The position numbers and the translations under genes were made by a program. The notes beneath the pieces were generated by a model that saw only the letters and a list, made by a program, of their open reading frames with translations, was not told the DNA's origin and did no database searches. 58,535 nt of DNA, taken from assembly GCA_046483735.1 (NCBI GenBank), contig JAWOCP010000023.1:1-58535 (forward strand), read 5' to 3'. This document shows, piece after piece, positions 1 to 7,875 of this stretch. The DNA is from Dehalococcoidia bacterium (GTDB lineage Bacteria; Chloroflexota; Dehalococcoidia; GIF9; AB-539-J10). Position 1 is the first letter of the stretch. Every line of letters starts with the position of its first letter.

Positions 1-1
1 C

Positions 2-784
2 CCAGCTGGGAGAGAAGATGATGTCGGTCACCCACATGGAATCGAAAGCCGATGGTCGGCCCTGGTCGTCCCAGCCGCCGAAATCGGTATCGGTGGCGTC
101 CTCCCACGCGCCGGCCGAATCGCCGGTAACCACGCAGCGGAACAACGCAGAGTCGCCATCATCGTCAATGCCTCCGATGGCGATGTCGCGCTTGCCGTCG
201 GCGTCGGGGAGGGACACGGCCAGGTCGGCCACGTCGTACGGGTTGTCGAATTCAGCGTCATCCTCGACCTCGCCGGCGTCGACGAACGTGTCACCGCCGT
301 CGGTGGAGAAGAAGACGTGGAGCCCAGACCCGTTGTCGCCATAATCCACCCAGAGGGCGACGGCCACGAAGTCGCCGTCCTGCCAGTCGGTGGCGACCTG
401 TATGATCCCGTCTATCTCGTCATCGTCATCCAGCACGTCTTCCAGTGCCGGGGTGATGTCGGTCCAGGTGGCGGCGTGGTCGTCGGACTTGAGCAGGTAA
501 TCGTGGTTACCGTTCTCTTCGTCACATTCGTCGAACTGGCTACCCACGACTGCGTAGGCCACCTCTCCTGTGGCGTCAAGGGCGTAATCGGCGATATAGG
601 AGTCGGGTGCGAGCACCCACCCTTCGACCGTCGGAGTGGAGACCCTGTCCCACTCGGCCGTCACATCGTGAGCGTCGGCAAGCACCGTAGATGACGGCGC
701 TGCCGTAATTATGAGACTTATGACCAGTGCGGCGGCCAACAACATATAGATGGCCCGCACCGGCCATGCTCTAGTTTTAGTCAT
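2..784 (-). CDS. secreted BNR/Asp-box repeat protein, N-terminal 261 aa (3' end runs off the window start)
   Basis: Minus-strand frame open from ATG 784..782, preceded by AGGAGG. It is absent from the ORF track because no stop lies in the window. My translation MTKTRAWPVRAIYMLLAAALVISLIITAAPSSTVLA/DAHD looks like a signal peptide. Asp-box-like motifs SDDHAATW and STDGGDTF are present. The segment is visibly GC-rich. Confidence 0.7.
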   Translation of the reverse strand, partial: MTKTRAWPVRAIYMLLAAALVISLIITAAPSSTVLADAHDVTAEWDRVSTPTVEGWVLAPDSYIADYALDATGEVAYAVVGSQFDECDEENGNHDYLLKSDDHAATWTDITPALEDVLDDDDEIDGIIQVATDWQDGDFVAVALWVDYGDNGSGLHVFFSTDGGDTFVDAGEVEDDAEFDNPYDVADLAVSLPDADGKRDIAIGGIDDDGDSALFRCVVTGDSAGAWEDATDTDFGGWDDQGRPSAFDSMWVTDIIFSPSW

Positions 785-926
785 TTTCCTCCTTTATTGG
801 TATCCAACTTAATTCTACCCGTGCCCGGAGTCGATTTCTCCAGGCTCGAGTTATTGGAAACATTCTTATTCAGTAAACCCGGCTTTAAGCCTGCCTCATT
901 ACAGGCTGCCCTTCTTTGTCCCAATC

Positions 927-1004
927 TGTAGTTGCCTGATTTATCAGGCCTTCGTTTGCAGTCGTCCGATTGCTCAGACCTGCCCAATGAATTGGGCAAC
1001 TACA
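927..1004. repeat. 78-bp composite palindromic element (tgtagttgcc ... ggcaactaca) containing two small hairpins
   Basis: The termini tgtagttgcc (927-936) and ggcaactaca (995-1004) are reverse complements. Internal hairpins are gcctgatttatcaggc and gcccaatgaattgggc. Related motifs occur at 4189-4213, 16290-16310 and 58283-58304. Confidence 0.7.
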
Positions 1005-1085
1005 TGAGGAACCAATTTCATGCCCGGGCCAGGCACCTTACTGTGCCCCTCGGCGAATCCATATCTCTGCCCCGCTCTGCGAGAG

Positions 1086-1314
1086 TGTAGTGCGACCTTT
1101 TAAGGTCGTGCCTTTTATGGTCCTGCACGAGGCTAAAGCCTCGCACTACAGACTACCGCCTCTCGGGGTGATTCGCTCTGGGAATGCCCCATAGGCATCA
1201 CCTCCTTCTTGCTTTATTGATTAGTGTCATCCCGATGCGTCAATTTTTGTAGTGCGACCCTTCAGGGTCGTGCTCTTTTTGGGGTCCTGCACGAGGCTAA
1301 AGCCTCGCACTACA
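1086..1314. repeat. two copies (1086-1150, 1248-1314) of a ~63-67 bp palindromic REP/MITE-like element
   Basis: Consensus is tgtagtgcga-cccttcagggtcgtgc ... gcacgaggctaaagcc-tcgcactaca. The termini are reverse complements and there are two internal hairpins. The same element occurs three times at 4276-4510. Confidence 0.85.
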
Positions 1315-1595
1315 CTGCGTTCTCGGGATGACAGGTAGTTGTCATCAAACAATATTCAGTTGTTAACGTTCAAGCTACTCTGCTCAGGCTTCCCTTGCCT
1401 GAGCCAAATAAGTCCACAAGCAAAAATTCAGGTCAGGCCTCGGGCCTGCCTTACCTTTTACTTTAGAACTATATTAGCTATCCTGTCAATAGGCATTTAG
1501 TCATTCACCAGATAGCTTCAGTTTATTATAACAGGTAACTTTCTTTTGTCAATATACCTAATATAGCGATGTATGAACGAGATAAGCCTGACGCT

Positions 1596-1979
1596 TTATC
1601 CCCTCTCCCTGGACGGGAGAGGGTTAGGGTGAGGGTGCATCGCCTCCATGATGCGCTCCAGCACAGCTTCTCTGTTTAGCAGAACCTCATTGTTCCAAAA
1701 CCTCAAGACCTGATACCCTTTCCTCTGAAGCCATGCCGTTCTCTCCTTATCCCTTTTTCCCCTTCTCTCCTCCCCATGCTGACTGCCATCCACCTCGACT
1801 ATGATTCGTTTTTCCAGGGCTACGAAGTCAACGATATAGGGACCCAGAGGCTGTTGCCTGCGGAACTTGACACCACCGAGTTGCCTGTTTCGCAATCTCG
1901 CCCATAGAGCCTTCTCAGCATCTGTCTGCTGTCGCCGGAGCTCGCGCGAGAGTTTTGTTTGCTTCTCAGGCTCGGCCAT
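1596..1979 (-). CDS. DUF559 endonuclease-domain protein (Vsr-like fold family)
   Basis: 127-aa ORF with LWARLRNRQLGGVKFRRQQPLGPYIVDFV...VEVDGSQH...LQRKGYQVLRFWNNEV, typical of DUF559. The C-terminal tail HPHPNPLPSRERG is encoded by a repeat that recurs at 1994-2064. Confidence 0.8.
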   Translation of the reverse strand: MAEPEKQTKLSRELRRQQTDAEKALWARLRNRQLGGVKFRRQQPLGPYIVDFVALEKRIIVEVDGSQHGEERRGKRDKERTAWLQRKGYQVLRFWNNEVLLNREAVLERIMEAMHPHPNPLPSRERG

Positions 1980-1993
1980 TATCTTTTCCTTTC

Positions 1994-2064
1994 CCCCTCA
2001 CCTTAATCCTCTCCCGCCAGGGGAGAGGAGAATGGGTTTGCGGTCCCGCCAGGGGAGAGGATTA
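1994..2064. repeat. short GC-rich repeat (ccctcacc..cctctcccgccaggggagagg), two tandem partial copies
   Basis: cccgccaggggagagga occurs twice (2012-2029, 2046-2063). An inverted relative, ccctctccctggacgggagaggg, lies at 1600-1622 inside the DUF559 3' end. Confidence 0.6.
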
Positions 2065-2103
2065 TGAGTTTGTGCTTCCGCCCGATGCCAGCACCGCTAC
2101 GCT

Positions 2104-2268
2104 CCAAATCCTAAATCCAAATATCTGAGTTCCAGACAAATTTGAAATCCGAAATCCAAAACGTTTTGGACATTCGGTCATTCGGGCTTCGATATTGTCC
2201 CGACTTCTTCGAGGATGCTCGATGAAATCGGCATTTAGGGTTTAGAGATTAGTATTTCGGGTTTCTCA
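2104..2268. repeat. aaatcc-periodic tract with an inverted partner flanking a central hairpin-rich core
   Basis: aaatcctaaatccaaat...gaaatccgaaatccaaa (2104-2160) is mirrored by atttagggtttagagattagtatttcgggtttc (2234-2268). The core gtcccgacttcttcgaggatgctcgatgaaatcgg resembles 16448-16480. Sister tracts lie at 5874-5940 and 16350-16405. Confidence 0.7.
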
Positions 2269-2282
2269 TCGAGGGGTTGAGC

Positions 2283-4055
2283 TTAATCCGGTACCTTGAA
2301 TTTCTCTTCTCGATAGGCGATGACGATGAGAGCGGTCGCCACCACCACTCCCACTATCACCCAGACCCAGGTTGGAATAGGGGCTACGGTAAACGAGCGA
2401 GGGTCCGACCACGGGCTTTCGTTTCCGAATTCGTCCACAGCTCTAACGCGCCAGTAGTATTCCCCCCTGTCCAGAGCCTCTTCCTTGGGTAGCTGGAAGC
2501 TTGTTGTCTTAATACCTGACTCGGACCAGGCGATGACGGAAAAAGCAGCAGTGGTGCTTATCTCCAGGGTGTAAGTGATGTCGCTGCCAGCCGTTACCTT
2601 ACCCCATTCAAAAGTTATCTCCTTCGACCTCAATGTCCTGCCCTCCTGGGGTGAGGTGAGTTGTGGTGTGGGCAGGACCTTCGCCTTTACCGTGAAGTCA
2701 GCTGACGCTTGAGCCCCGCCGCCAGTCGCCGTCATGAGCACCTTGCCCACAGGGTTGGCCGGCACACTCACTGTGGCGCTGAGGTCACCATTTGCAAGCG
2801 ACCGCACATCCTCCGCCACAGCACGGTTGGCGAATGTCACTGTTAATGCCTGATTAGCGGGAAAACCGCTGCCGGTAAGGGTAACGGAGTCGCCGGGAAC
2901 TCCCTCAGCCGGGCTGACTTCCACTATGGCCAGAGTGTTGAGGGTAGCCGTCAAAGCAGGCTTGGTCACGTCACCTGAGGCTGAAACGGTATGGGGGCCG
3001 TAGGTGCTGGTCGGCAGGACAAAGGAGGTTTCCCAGCAACCGTCTCCGTCAACGGTGATAACACCCGTATCAACAGCCGTGTCACCGAGGGTAATCTTGA
3101 CGCCCGTTTCCAGGGTTGCGAAACCACACCCGGCAACGGCAATCGTATCACCCACATAGGCAGAACTCGGCTCAACCAGTATTCCGGCGCCTACGACAAA
3201 CTCGACATCAGGCACATCACGAGCCATGGTCGAGAAGCCTGAGGCATCGATGATACTGGTGCCGCCCTTGCGGGGAGGAATGATGATGTCGGCAGTCCAG
3301 GAGCCATTCGCGTCGGCGGAAATGTCTTCTGCCACCACCTCTCCATCGAGGGTCACCCGAATGGCTTTTTCATTGCTGGCAAAGCCTGTGCCGCTTACCT
3401 TAACTGTCTGGCCGACCGTGCCCTCGTCCGGGTCGACCAAGATTTCAGGAGTTACCCTGAAACCCATGCTGCAACATACCTCGATAAAAGGAATTTTGTC
3501 ATCGGGGACAGTGAAGAGATGGCTACCGGAGGGGCTGGGAGGGATGGTATAAGATGTATCCCAGCTACCCATGCTACTAGCTGTAACCGTCTTTGCCACC
3601 TGGTCTCGATAGCGAATCTGGACACTCTGTCCGGCAGAAAAACCATAGCCCCAGATGGAAACTTCTGTACCCACTGGCCCTGTGGTGGGGGCGATTCTTG
3701 CCGTGGGGAAGACTTCAAAATCGGCCTCCGCCAACTTGCCATACCCGTCGTTCGTTAAATAGACTTTATTAATGCCCCTCTTCGCTTCCGGGATATTGAA
3801 GTCCGCCGAAAAGTTCCCAGCCGAATCTGCAGCGATAGATGCTATCTTGGTCTCTGCTGAGGGGGGATCTCCCCAGCAGATATGATATGTGCCTGCGCTC
3901 TCAACGCTGACCCTTGCCTCGATCAGGTCGTCGTAGACCCCGGAATAAGGCACAAGGCTGATGGAATATGGTTCTGCGGCAGCCAGCTGGGGCGTTACCA
4001 GCATAAAAAGCAAAAGACCGCAGATAATGGTTGCCTGTATTCGTTTCATGCGCAT
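2283..4055 (-). CDS. cell-surface protein with a signal peptide, repeated Ig-like (IPT/TIG-type) modules, an FN3-like module and a C-terminal TM anchor
   Basis: 590-aa ORF. N-terminus MRMKRIQATIICGLLLFMLVTPQLAAAEP. Internally repeated ...GxxVxVxGxGF... modules. YYWRVRAVDEFGNESPWS is FN3-like. The C-terminus PTWVWVIVGVVVATALIVIAY is hydrophobic. Confidence 0.8.
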   Translation of the reverse strand: MRMKRIQATIICGLLLFMLVTPQLAAAEPYSISLVPYSGVYDDLIEARVSVESAGTYHICWGDPPSAETKIASIAADSAGNFSADFNIPEAKRGINKVYLTNDGYGKLAEADFEVFPTARIAPTTGPVGTEVSIWGYGFSAGQSVQIRYRDQVAKTVTASSMGSWDTSYTIPPSPSGSHLFTVPDDKIPFIEVCCSMGFRVTPEILVDPDEGTVGQTVKVSGTGFASNEKAIRVTLDGEVVAEDISADANGSWTADIIIPPRKGGTSIIDASGFSTMARDVPDVEFVVGAGILVEPSSAYVGDTIAVAGCGFATLETGVKITLGDTAVDTGVITVDGDGCWETSFVLPTSTYGPHTVSASGDVTKPALTATLNTLAIVEVSPAEGVPGDSVTLTGSGFPANQALTVTFANRAVAEDVRSLANGDLSATVSVPANPVGKVLMTATGGGAQASADFTVKAKVLPTPQLTSPQEGRTLRSKEITFEWGKVTAGSDITYTLEISTTAAFSVIAWSESGIKTTSFQLPKEEALDRGEYYWRVRAVDEFGNESPWSDPRSFTVAPIPTWVWVIVGVVVATALIVIAYREEKFKVPD

Positions 4056-4088
4056 CCCCCGTCCGTATTTGGAGCCCGTATCTAGAAC

Positions 4089-4118
4089 ATCATATCTTTA
4101 CTTTGTCAAATTTGTCAA
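4089..4118 (-). promoter_or_regulatory. sigma70-type promoter candidate for the 2283..4055 surface protein gene
   Basis: On the minus strand: TTGACA (4118..4113), 18-nt spacer, TATGAT (4094..4089). This is about 35 nt upstream of the ATG at 4055. Confidence 0.45.
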
Positions 4119-4188
4119 GCATTTCTTGTTATTGCGGGGCATGACTTCCTTTTTGTCGCTCTGAGCCCCGCCCCTCAAAGCCAGAGGA

Positions 4189-4213
4189 TGTAGTTGCCCG
4201 ATTTATCGGGCAG
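4189..4213. repeat. tgtagttgcccgatttatcgggca hairpin repeat
   Basis: Same motif family as 927-951 (tgtagttgcctgatttatcaggc). The cccgat(t/a)tatcggg hairpins at 6045-6060 and 7085-7100 are related. Confidence 0.7.
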
Positions 4214-4275
4214 GCCCTCATAACCCCCCTGAATCCCTTCCCGCCGGCCATATGAGCCCCCCCACAGCCTGCCTC

Positions 4276-4510
4276 TGTAGTGCGACCCTTCAGGGTCGTG
4301 CCGTGCCCCTCGCGCGAAGCTAAAGCCTCGCACTACATGAAGACACTCCTCTGTAGTGCGACCCTTCAGGGTCGTGCCGTGCCCTCCCGCACGAGGCTAA
4401 AGCCTCGCACTACATTTACCGACCGCTGACCGCTGACTGCTTAAGTCTGTAGTGCGACCCTTCAGGGTCGTGCCGTGCCCTCCCGCACGAGGCTAAAGCC
4501 TCGCACTACA
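4276..4510. repeat. three clustered copies (4276-4337, 4352-4414, 4448-4510) of the 62-63 bp tgtagtgcga...tcgcactaca palindromic element
   Basis: Copies 2 and 3 look identical by eye and copy 1 differs in the central part. The gaps are 14 and 33 bp. Same family as 1086-1314. Confidence 0.9.
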
Positions 4511-4579
4511 TTCTTGTGCCCTCTATTCCCTTTCCCTGTGAATAGAGGGAGGGTGAATACAGAACAGGACAAAAATACC

Positions 4580-4608
4580 TTGCCCAACTAGAACAAATGT
4601 GCTACATT
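4580..4608 (+). promoter_or_regulatory. promoter candidate placing the ATG at 4617 at or near the transcript 5' end (possibly leaderless)
   Basis: TTGCCC (4580-4585), 17-nt spacer, TACATT (4603-4608), then 8 nt to ATG 4617. No Shine-Dalgarno sequence lies between. Confidence 0.35.
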
Positions 4609-4616
4609 GTGTTCAA

Positions 4617-5093
4617 ATGGAAACCAAGTTGATGTGGGACTTATTGCCCGAGGAATTCCCCTACGAAGACAAGGGCTGCGAGCTGTCTTCCTCGTGTCTC
4701 AGCTGTCCCTTTCCCAGTTGCCTGGAAGAAGAACCCTGGGGCAAAGAGAGGTTTCGGAAGCGCAGGCGGGCCGAGAGGATGGCGGAGTTGAAGAAGGAAG
4801 GCAAAAGCGTGGAGGAGATTGCCCGCATATTCGAGGTCAGCCGGAGGACGGTGCAGAGATGGCTGAAGGCGGTGGAGGCAGCCCCTACAACCATTACAAC
4901 CTCTACCGCTGCACCCTGTCGGCCCTGCACTACTTCTCCGACCTGGAAAGCTTTATCATGGCCCGGGACGGGGAGAACACCACCTACGAGTACCCGGACT
5001 GCCACTTCCCCATCACCGGCCAGGACTACGAGGAGACACGCGTCACCCTGGTCGAGAAGTTCGCCGGCACGGCAGCCTACGACAGGCCCTTGA
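4617..5093 (+). CDS. small Cys-rich HTH DNA-binding protein; only the first ~85 codons look genuinely coding
   Basis: METKLMWDLLPEEFPYEDKGCELSSSCLSCPFPSC...KEGKSVEEIARIFEVSRRTVQRWLKA is an HTH. After ~4870 the frame turns into P/T/R/S low complexity, typical of out-of-frame reading of the overlapping GC-rich ORF. The stop at 5093 is therefore doubtful as the biological end. Confidence 0.45.
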   Translation: METKLMWDLLPEEFPYEDKGCELSSSCLSCPFPSCLEEEPWGKERFRKRRRAERMAELKKEGKSVEEIARIFEVSRRTVQRWLKAVEAAPTTITTSTAAPCRPCTTSPTWKALSWPGTGRTPPTSTRTATSPSPARTTRRHASPWSRSSPARQPTTGP

Positions 5094-5299
5094 CCTGCCA
5101 CGTCGTCAGGGACGCATCCTTTGCCGACGCCGCCTTCACCGTCCCCGCCAACGTCGGGCAGGAGCTCCTCGACGTCGTCGAGGCCACCGACCCGTGCTGC
5201 GGAGTCACGGCGCAGCGGTTCCGGGTCCAGAACATCATCACCGACTACGACCGCACCAGGGGGCGCCACGATCAGACCATCGCCCTGGGGGCCCCGTGA
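4859..5299 (+). CDS. hypothetical protein (146 aa), GC-rich and possibly of foreign origin
   Basis: ATG 4859 lies in the frame of the 4607..5299 ORF, with GGAGGA 10 nt upstream. MAEGGGGSPYNHYNLYRCTLSALHYFSDLESFIMARDGENTTYEYPDCHFPITGQDYEE... has ordinary globular composition. I do not recognise a family. Confidence 0.5.
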   Translation: MAEGGGGSPYNHYNLYRCTLSALHYFSDLESFIMARDGENTTYEYPDCHFPITGQDYEETRVTLVEKFAGTAAYDRPLTCHVVRDASFADAAFTVPANVGQELLDVVEATDPCCGVTAQRFRVQNIITDYDRTRGRHDQTIALGAP

Positions 5300-5306
5300 T
5301 TCGCGA

Positions 5307-5867
5307 TTACAGCGGGCTTGTGAGTTTGCGCTTTAAATCGTCTAGCCTTGGGGCAAAAGCTTCGACCAGCCTCTGCCGGGCCAGTTGCCATTCCGGGTTC
5401 GCTTCCATATTTATACCGGCTACTGCTGTTCCCGAGATCCTCAATCGGTGCAGGGTTTCCCTGTAGTCACTTTCCAGTTCCTGCCTTATCTTCCGTTCGG
5501 TTTCCTCGTATTCTTGAATAAGATTGCCCAGTTCTTCGGCTTTTGACTGCAGTTCAGGCCCTAGACTGCTTATCCCCGCGATTATTTTTTTTGCTTCATT
5601 TGGATTCTCGGCGGTTGTGAATTCGATAGCTTCTACCAGACGCTCGATTACGGCCTGCTTTATCATATCTCGGTCTTCTGCCTTGTGCTTGTTTAGCTCC
5701 GCAATTATATCCAGTTGTTGAGGACTGTCCCGCCATTTCTGTGCCAGCACCTGGCCGATCTGGCGGCACCTTTGTCTTGCCTGTTCTTCCTGTTCTTCCG
5801 CTGACAGCTTGCCCAATCTATTGGCTCTCTCTTGAGCAATCTCCCAGGCACTCTTTAGTTCACCCAT
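5307..5867 (-). CDS. hypothetical charged, helical (coiled-coil-like) protein
   Basis: 186-aa ORF rich in E/K/Q/R/L, for example AEEQEEQARQRCRQIGQVLAQKW and ELGNLIQEYEETERKIRQELESDY. No recognisable catalytic motif. Confidence 0.55.
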   Translation of the reverse strand: MGELKSAWEIAQERANRLGKLSAEEQEEQARQRCRQIGQVLAQKWRDSPQQLDIIAELNKHKAEDRDMIKQAVIERLVEAIEFTTAENPNEAKKIIAGISSLGPELQSKAEELGNLIQEYEETERKIRQELESDYRETLHRLRISGTAVAGINMEANPEWQLARQRLVEAFAPRLDDLKRKLTSPL

Positions 5868-5873
5868 GCTACT

Positions 5874-5940
5874 CGAAATCCGAAATCCTAAGCTCTAAAT
5901 CCTAAACAAATCCCAAATCCTAAGCTCCAAGTTCGAAACC
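5874..5940. repeat. aaatcc-periodic tract
   Basis: gaaatccgaaatcctaagctctaaatcctaaacaaatcccaaatcctaagctccaagttcgaaaccc. Same family as 2104-2160 and 16350-16405. Confidence 0.7.
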
Positions 5941-6033
5941 CTGTTGTGAAGGAAACCCCGATTGTATCGGGGCTTCACGCCTCATAACCATACAAGCTGT
6001 TCCCCCTCCGTCGTTGTGGGCCATCTCCCCTCT

Positions 6034-6172
6034 GTCTTTGCGAGTCCCGATTTATCGGGGCGAAGCAATCCCCGGCCCCTGAAACCCACACCTAGATTGC
6101 TTCGTCGCTGCGCTCCTCGCAAAGACAGGTGGGGGTTGACATTGCTTCAGCACTGCCGTGCTTCGCAATGAC
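6034..6172. repeat. cluster of gtcWttgcgag...cgaagcaatc / gattgcttcg...ctcgcaaWgac palindromic repeats
   Basis: gtctttgcgagtcccgatttatcggggcgaagcaatcc (6034-6071). gattgcttcgtcgctgcgctcctcgcaaagac (6095-6126). attgcttcagcactgccgtgcttcgcaatgac (6141-6172). Confidence 0.8.
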
Positions 6173-6254
6173 ATGATAATGCCAATTGGCCTTAGCAGTG
6201 CATTTTAGCCTATAATACTGAACAGGTTCAACAAACGAGTTTGGGGTCATAGTC

Positions 6255-6983
6255 ATGATTTATCATAGTTCTGTGAGGTTAGCAGAGAATTTCTACTGCT
6301 ACGTATGGCAAGGCAGAGGAAATAACTGCAATGCCATCCTCTTACCATCGGCTTTAAGGGGGGAGCGCCCGCACGTACTGGTTGACCCCGGCCATGTCAG
6401 GAATGAGCTGGGCGAGCCCTGTTCTGATTCACTGGCGGAAGCAATGGAGAGAGATGGCTTCAAGATGGAGGATATCGGCCTGGTGATTGGCACCCACAGC
6501 CATCCTGACCATATCGAAGCCACCGACTTGGTGGCGGAGAAGAGCGATGCCCTGTTTACTATGTCCCGCGAGGAGGATGAGTATTATCGCACCACGGGGA
6601 AGAAGTTCTTTCAGGCACTGGGTGGCCAGCCGTCAGAGGTTGCTCCCTTCTTCCATCTTAAGGAAGGCGATTTGTCTCTGGGACCGGCAAATAGTAAGCT
6701 GGCTGTCAAGGTCTTCCTTACCCCGGGACACTCTCCCGGTTCCATTTCCCTTTATTTGGAGGAGGACAAAATCTTGGTCACGGGTGATGTGGTGTTTGCC
6801 GGCAGCATAGGCAGGACTGATTTCCCTGGCGGCAGCCCGTCTCTACTGCGGAAGAGCATCGACGAGCTGTCTCAGCTTGACGTGGAATATGTTGTTCCCG
6901 GTCACAGCACTGAGATGGGCAGCATAATCGAAGGCAAGGACAAAGTAAGGCGCAACTTCTACACCGTCAAGATGTTTATTTGA
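6255..6983 (+). CDS. MBL-fold metallo-hydrolase (glyoxalase II-like)
   Basis: 242 aa with the canonical HxHxDH motif in GTHSHPDHIEA. Downstream it has TPGHSPGS and GDVVFAGSIGRTDFPGG, typical of the hydroxyacylglutathione hydrolase-like subgroup. Confidence 0.85.
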   Translation: MIYHSSVRLAENFYCYVWQGRGNNCNAILLPSALRGERPHVLVDPGHVRNELGEPCSDSLAEAMERDGFKMEDIGLVIGTHSHPDHIEATDLVAEKSDALFTMSREEDEYYRTTGKKFFQALGGQPSEVAPFFHLKEGDLSLGPANSKLAVKVFLTPGHSPGSISLYLEEDKILVTGDVVFAGSIGRTDFPGGSPSLLRKSIDELSQLDVEYVVPGHSTEMGSIIEGKDKVRRNFYTVKMFI

Positions 6984-7025
6984 CAAATGACAAGAAGCGG
7001 AGGGCTGAGAATAACACCTCCACTT

Positions 7026-7112
7026 TGTCATTGCGAGAAGCCCCAATGGATTGGGGCGACGACGCAATCCCAGAGATTGCCACGTCCCGATAAATCGGGA
7101 CTCGCAATGACA
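7026..7112. repeat. two adjacent copies in opposite orientation of the gtcattgcgag...gcaatc repeat family
   Basis: tgtcattgcgagaagccccaatggattggggcgacgacgcaatcc (7026-7070) and gagattgccacgtcccgataaatcgggactcgcaatgaca (7074-7112). Confidence 0.8.
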
Positions 7113-7175
7113 GGGGATGGAGTAATTCAAGGGCTCGCAGTGATGAAATTAAAGGGGTTGGAATGACAGGTTGGA

Positions 7176-7862
7176 TTGGGGTCTGTTATGGAGATGGATG
7201 ACAAAATCAAGTATGCCCTGGAACACACGGAGCTAATCAGGGCACCACGGCGAGAACTGGACAGTTTTGGCAGTTCGGTTATTGATTACTACGTCGTCAC
7301 TGAACTGGTGGGAAACATCAGTGTGGTCAGGGATGGTAAAGTGATTGCGGAAAGACCCAAAATTGTCACTCCTGCTTACCTGGTCAATGTGGAAGGCTTT
7401 AGCGAGCAGGCGAGGAAATATCTGGCGATGATGGCTCGGGAGAGCCCTTATGAATCGGGCATTTTTTATCGATATAAGAACGAACCCAAGGGGATGAACG
7501 TTGTCTCCGAGCCTGCCGGGCAGGTGATAAACAAGCTCAGTTCGAAAATAGAGGAGCAGAGTAATCCCTTAAGCACCATAATCAAGGGGGTGGAGGAACT
7601 GTGGGACGTATCATTGCTCATGTTCATCTATGAGCTAACTACCAGGTCGGTCCGCACTAATCTGGCCGAATTCGATCGCAGGGGCTTTTTGGACATGGAT
7701 GCCAGTGGGGTGCCCCTGGGTGCCCGAGAGCACATTGAAGAGCTCTTCGAGCGAGCAAGGCATGACCTTTCCCGGGTCCCGGAGCTGGCGGTCGAGCTGC
7801 ACCGCTGGGGCCTGTTCCTGGAATATCAAGACCGGTTTTTCACCCTGTTCAAGAGAAGGTGA
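7176..7862 (+). CDS. hypothetical protein, no family recognised
   Basis: 228-aa ORF with ordinary globular composition. It is the only long ORF in this interval. The start could be the internal M at 7188. Confidence 0.55.
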   Translation: MGSVMEMDDKIKYALEHTELIRAPRRELDSFGSSVIDYYVVTELVGNISVVRDGKVIAERPKIVTPAYLVNVEGFSEQARKYLAMMARESPYESGIFYRYKNEPKGMNVVSEPAGQVINKLSSKIEEQSNPLSTIIKGVEELWDVSLLMFIYELTTRSVRTNLAEFDRRGFLDMDASGVPLGAREHIEELFERARHDLSRVPELAVELHRWGLFLEYQDRFFTLFKRR

Positions 7863-7875
7863 AGCTGCTCTGGCT

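Noticed and set aside
4276-4510. Regularly spaced identical repeats that superficially resemble a CRISPR array
   Set aside because: The repeats are 62-63 bp, too long for CRISPR, and are strongly self-palindromic with two hairpins. The gaps are only 14 and 33 bp and unequal. The same element occurs dispersed at 1086 and 1248. No cas genes are present. It is REP/MITE-like, not CRISPR.
4841-4900. Programmed -1 ribosomal frameshift joining the HTH ORF to the 4607..5299 frame
   Set aside because: There is no X-XXY-YYZ slippery heptamer and no obvious downstream stem-loop or pseudoknot at the junction. An independent ATG with a good RBS exists at 4859.
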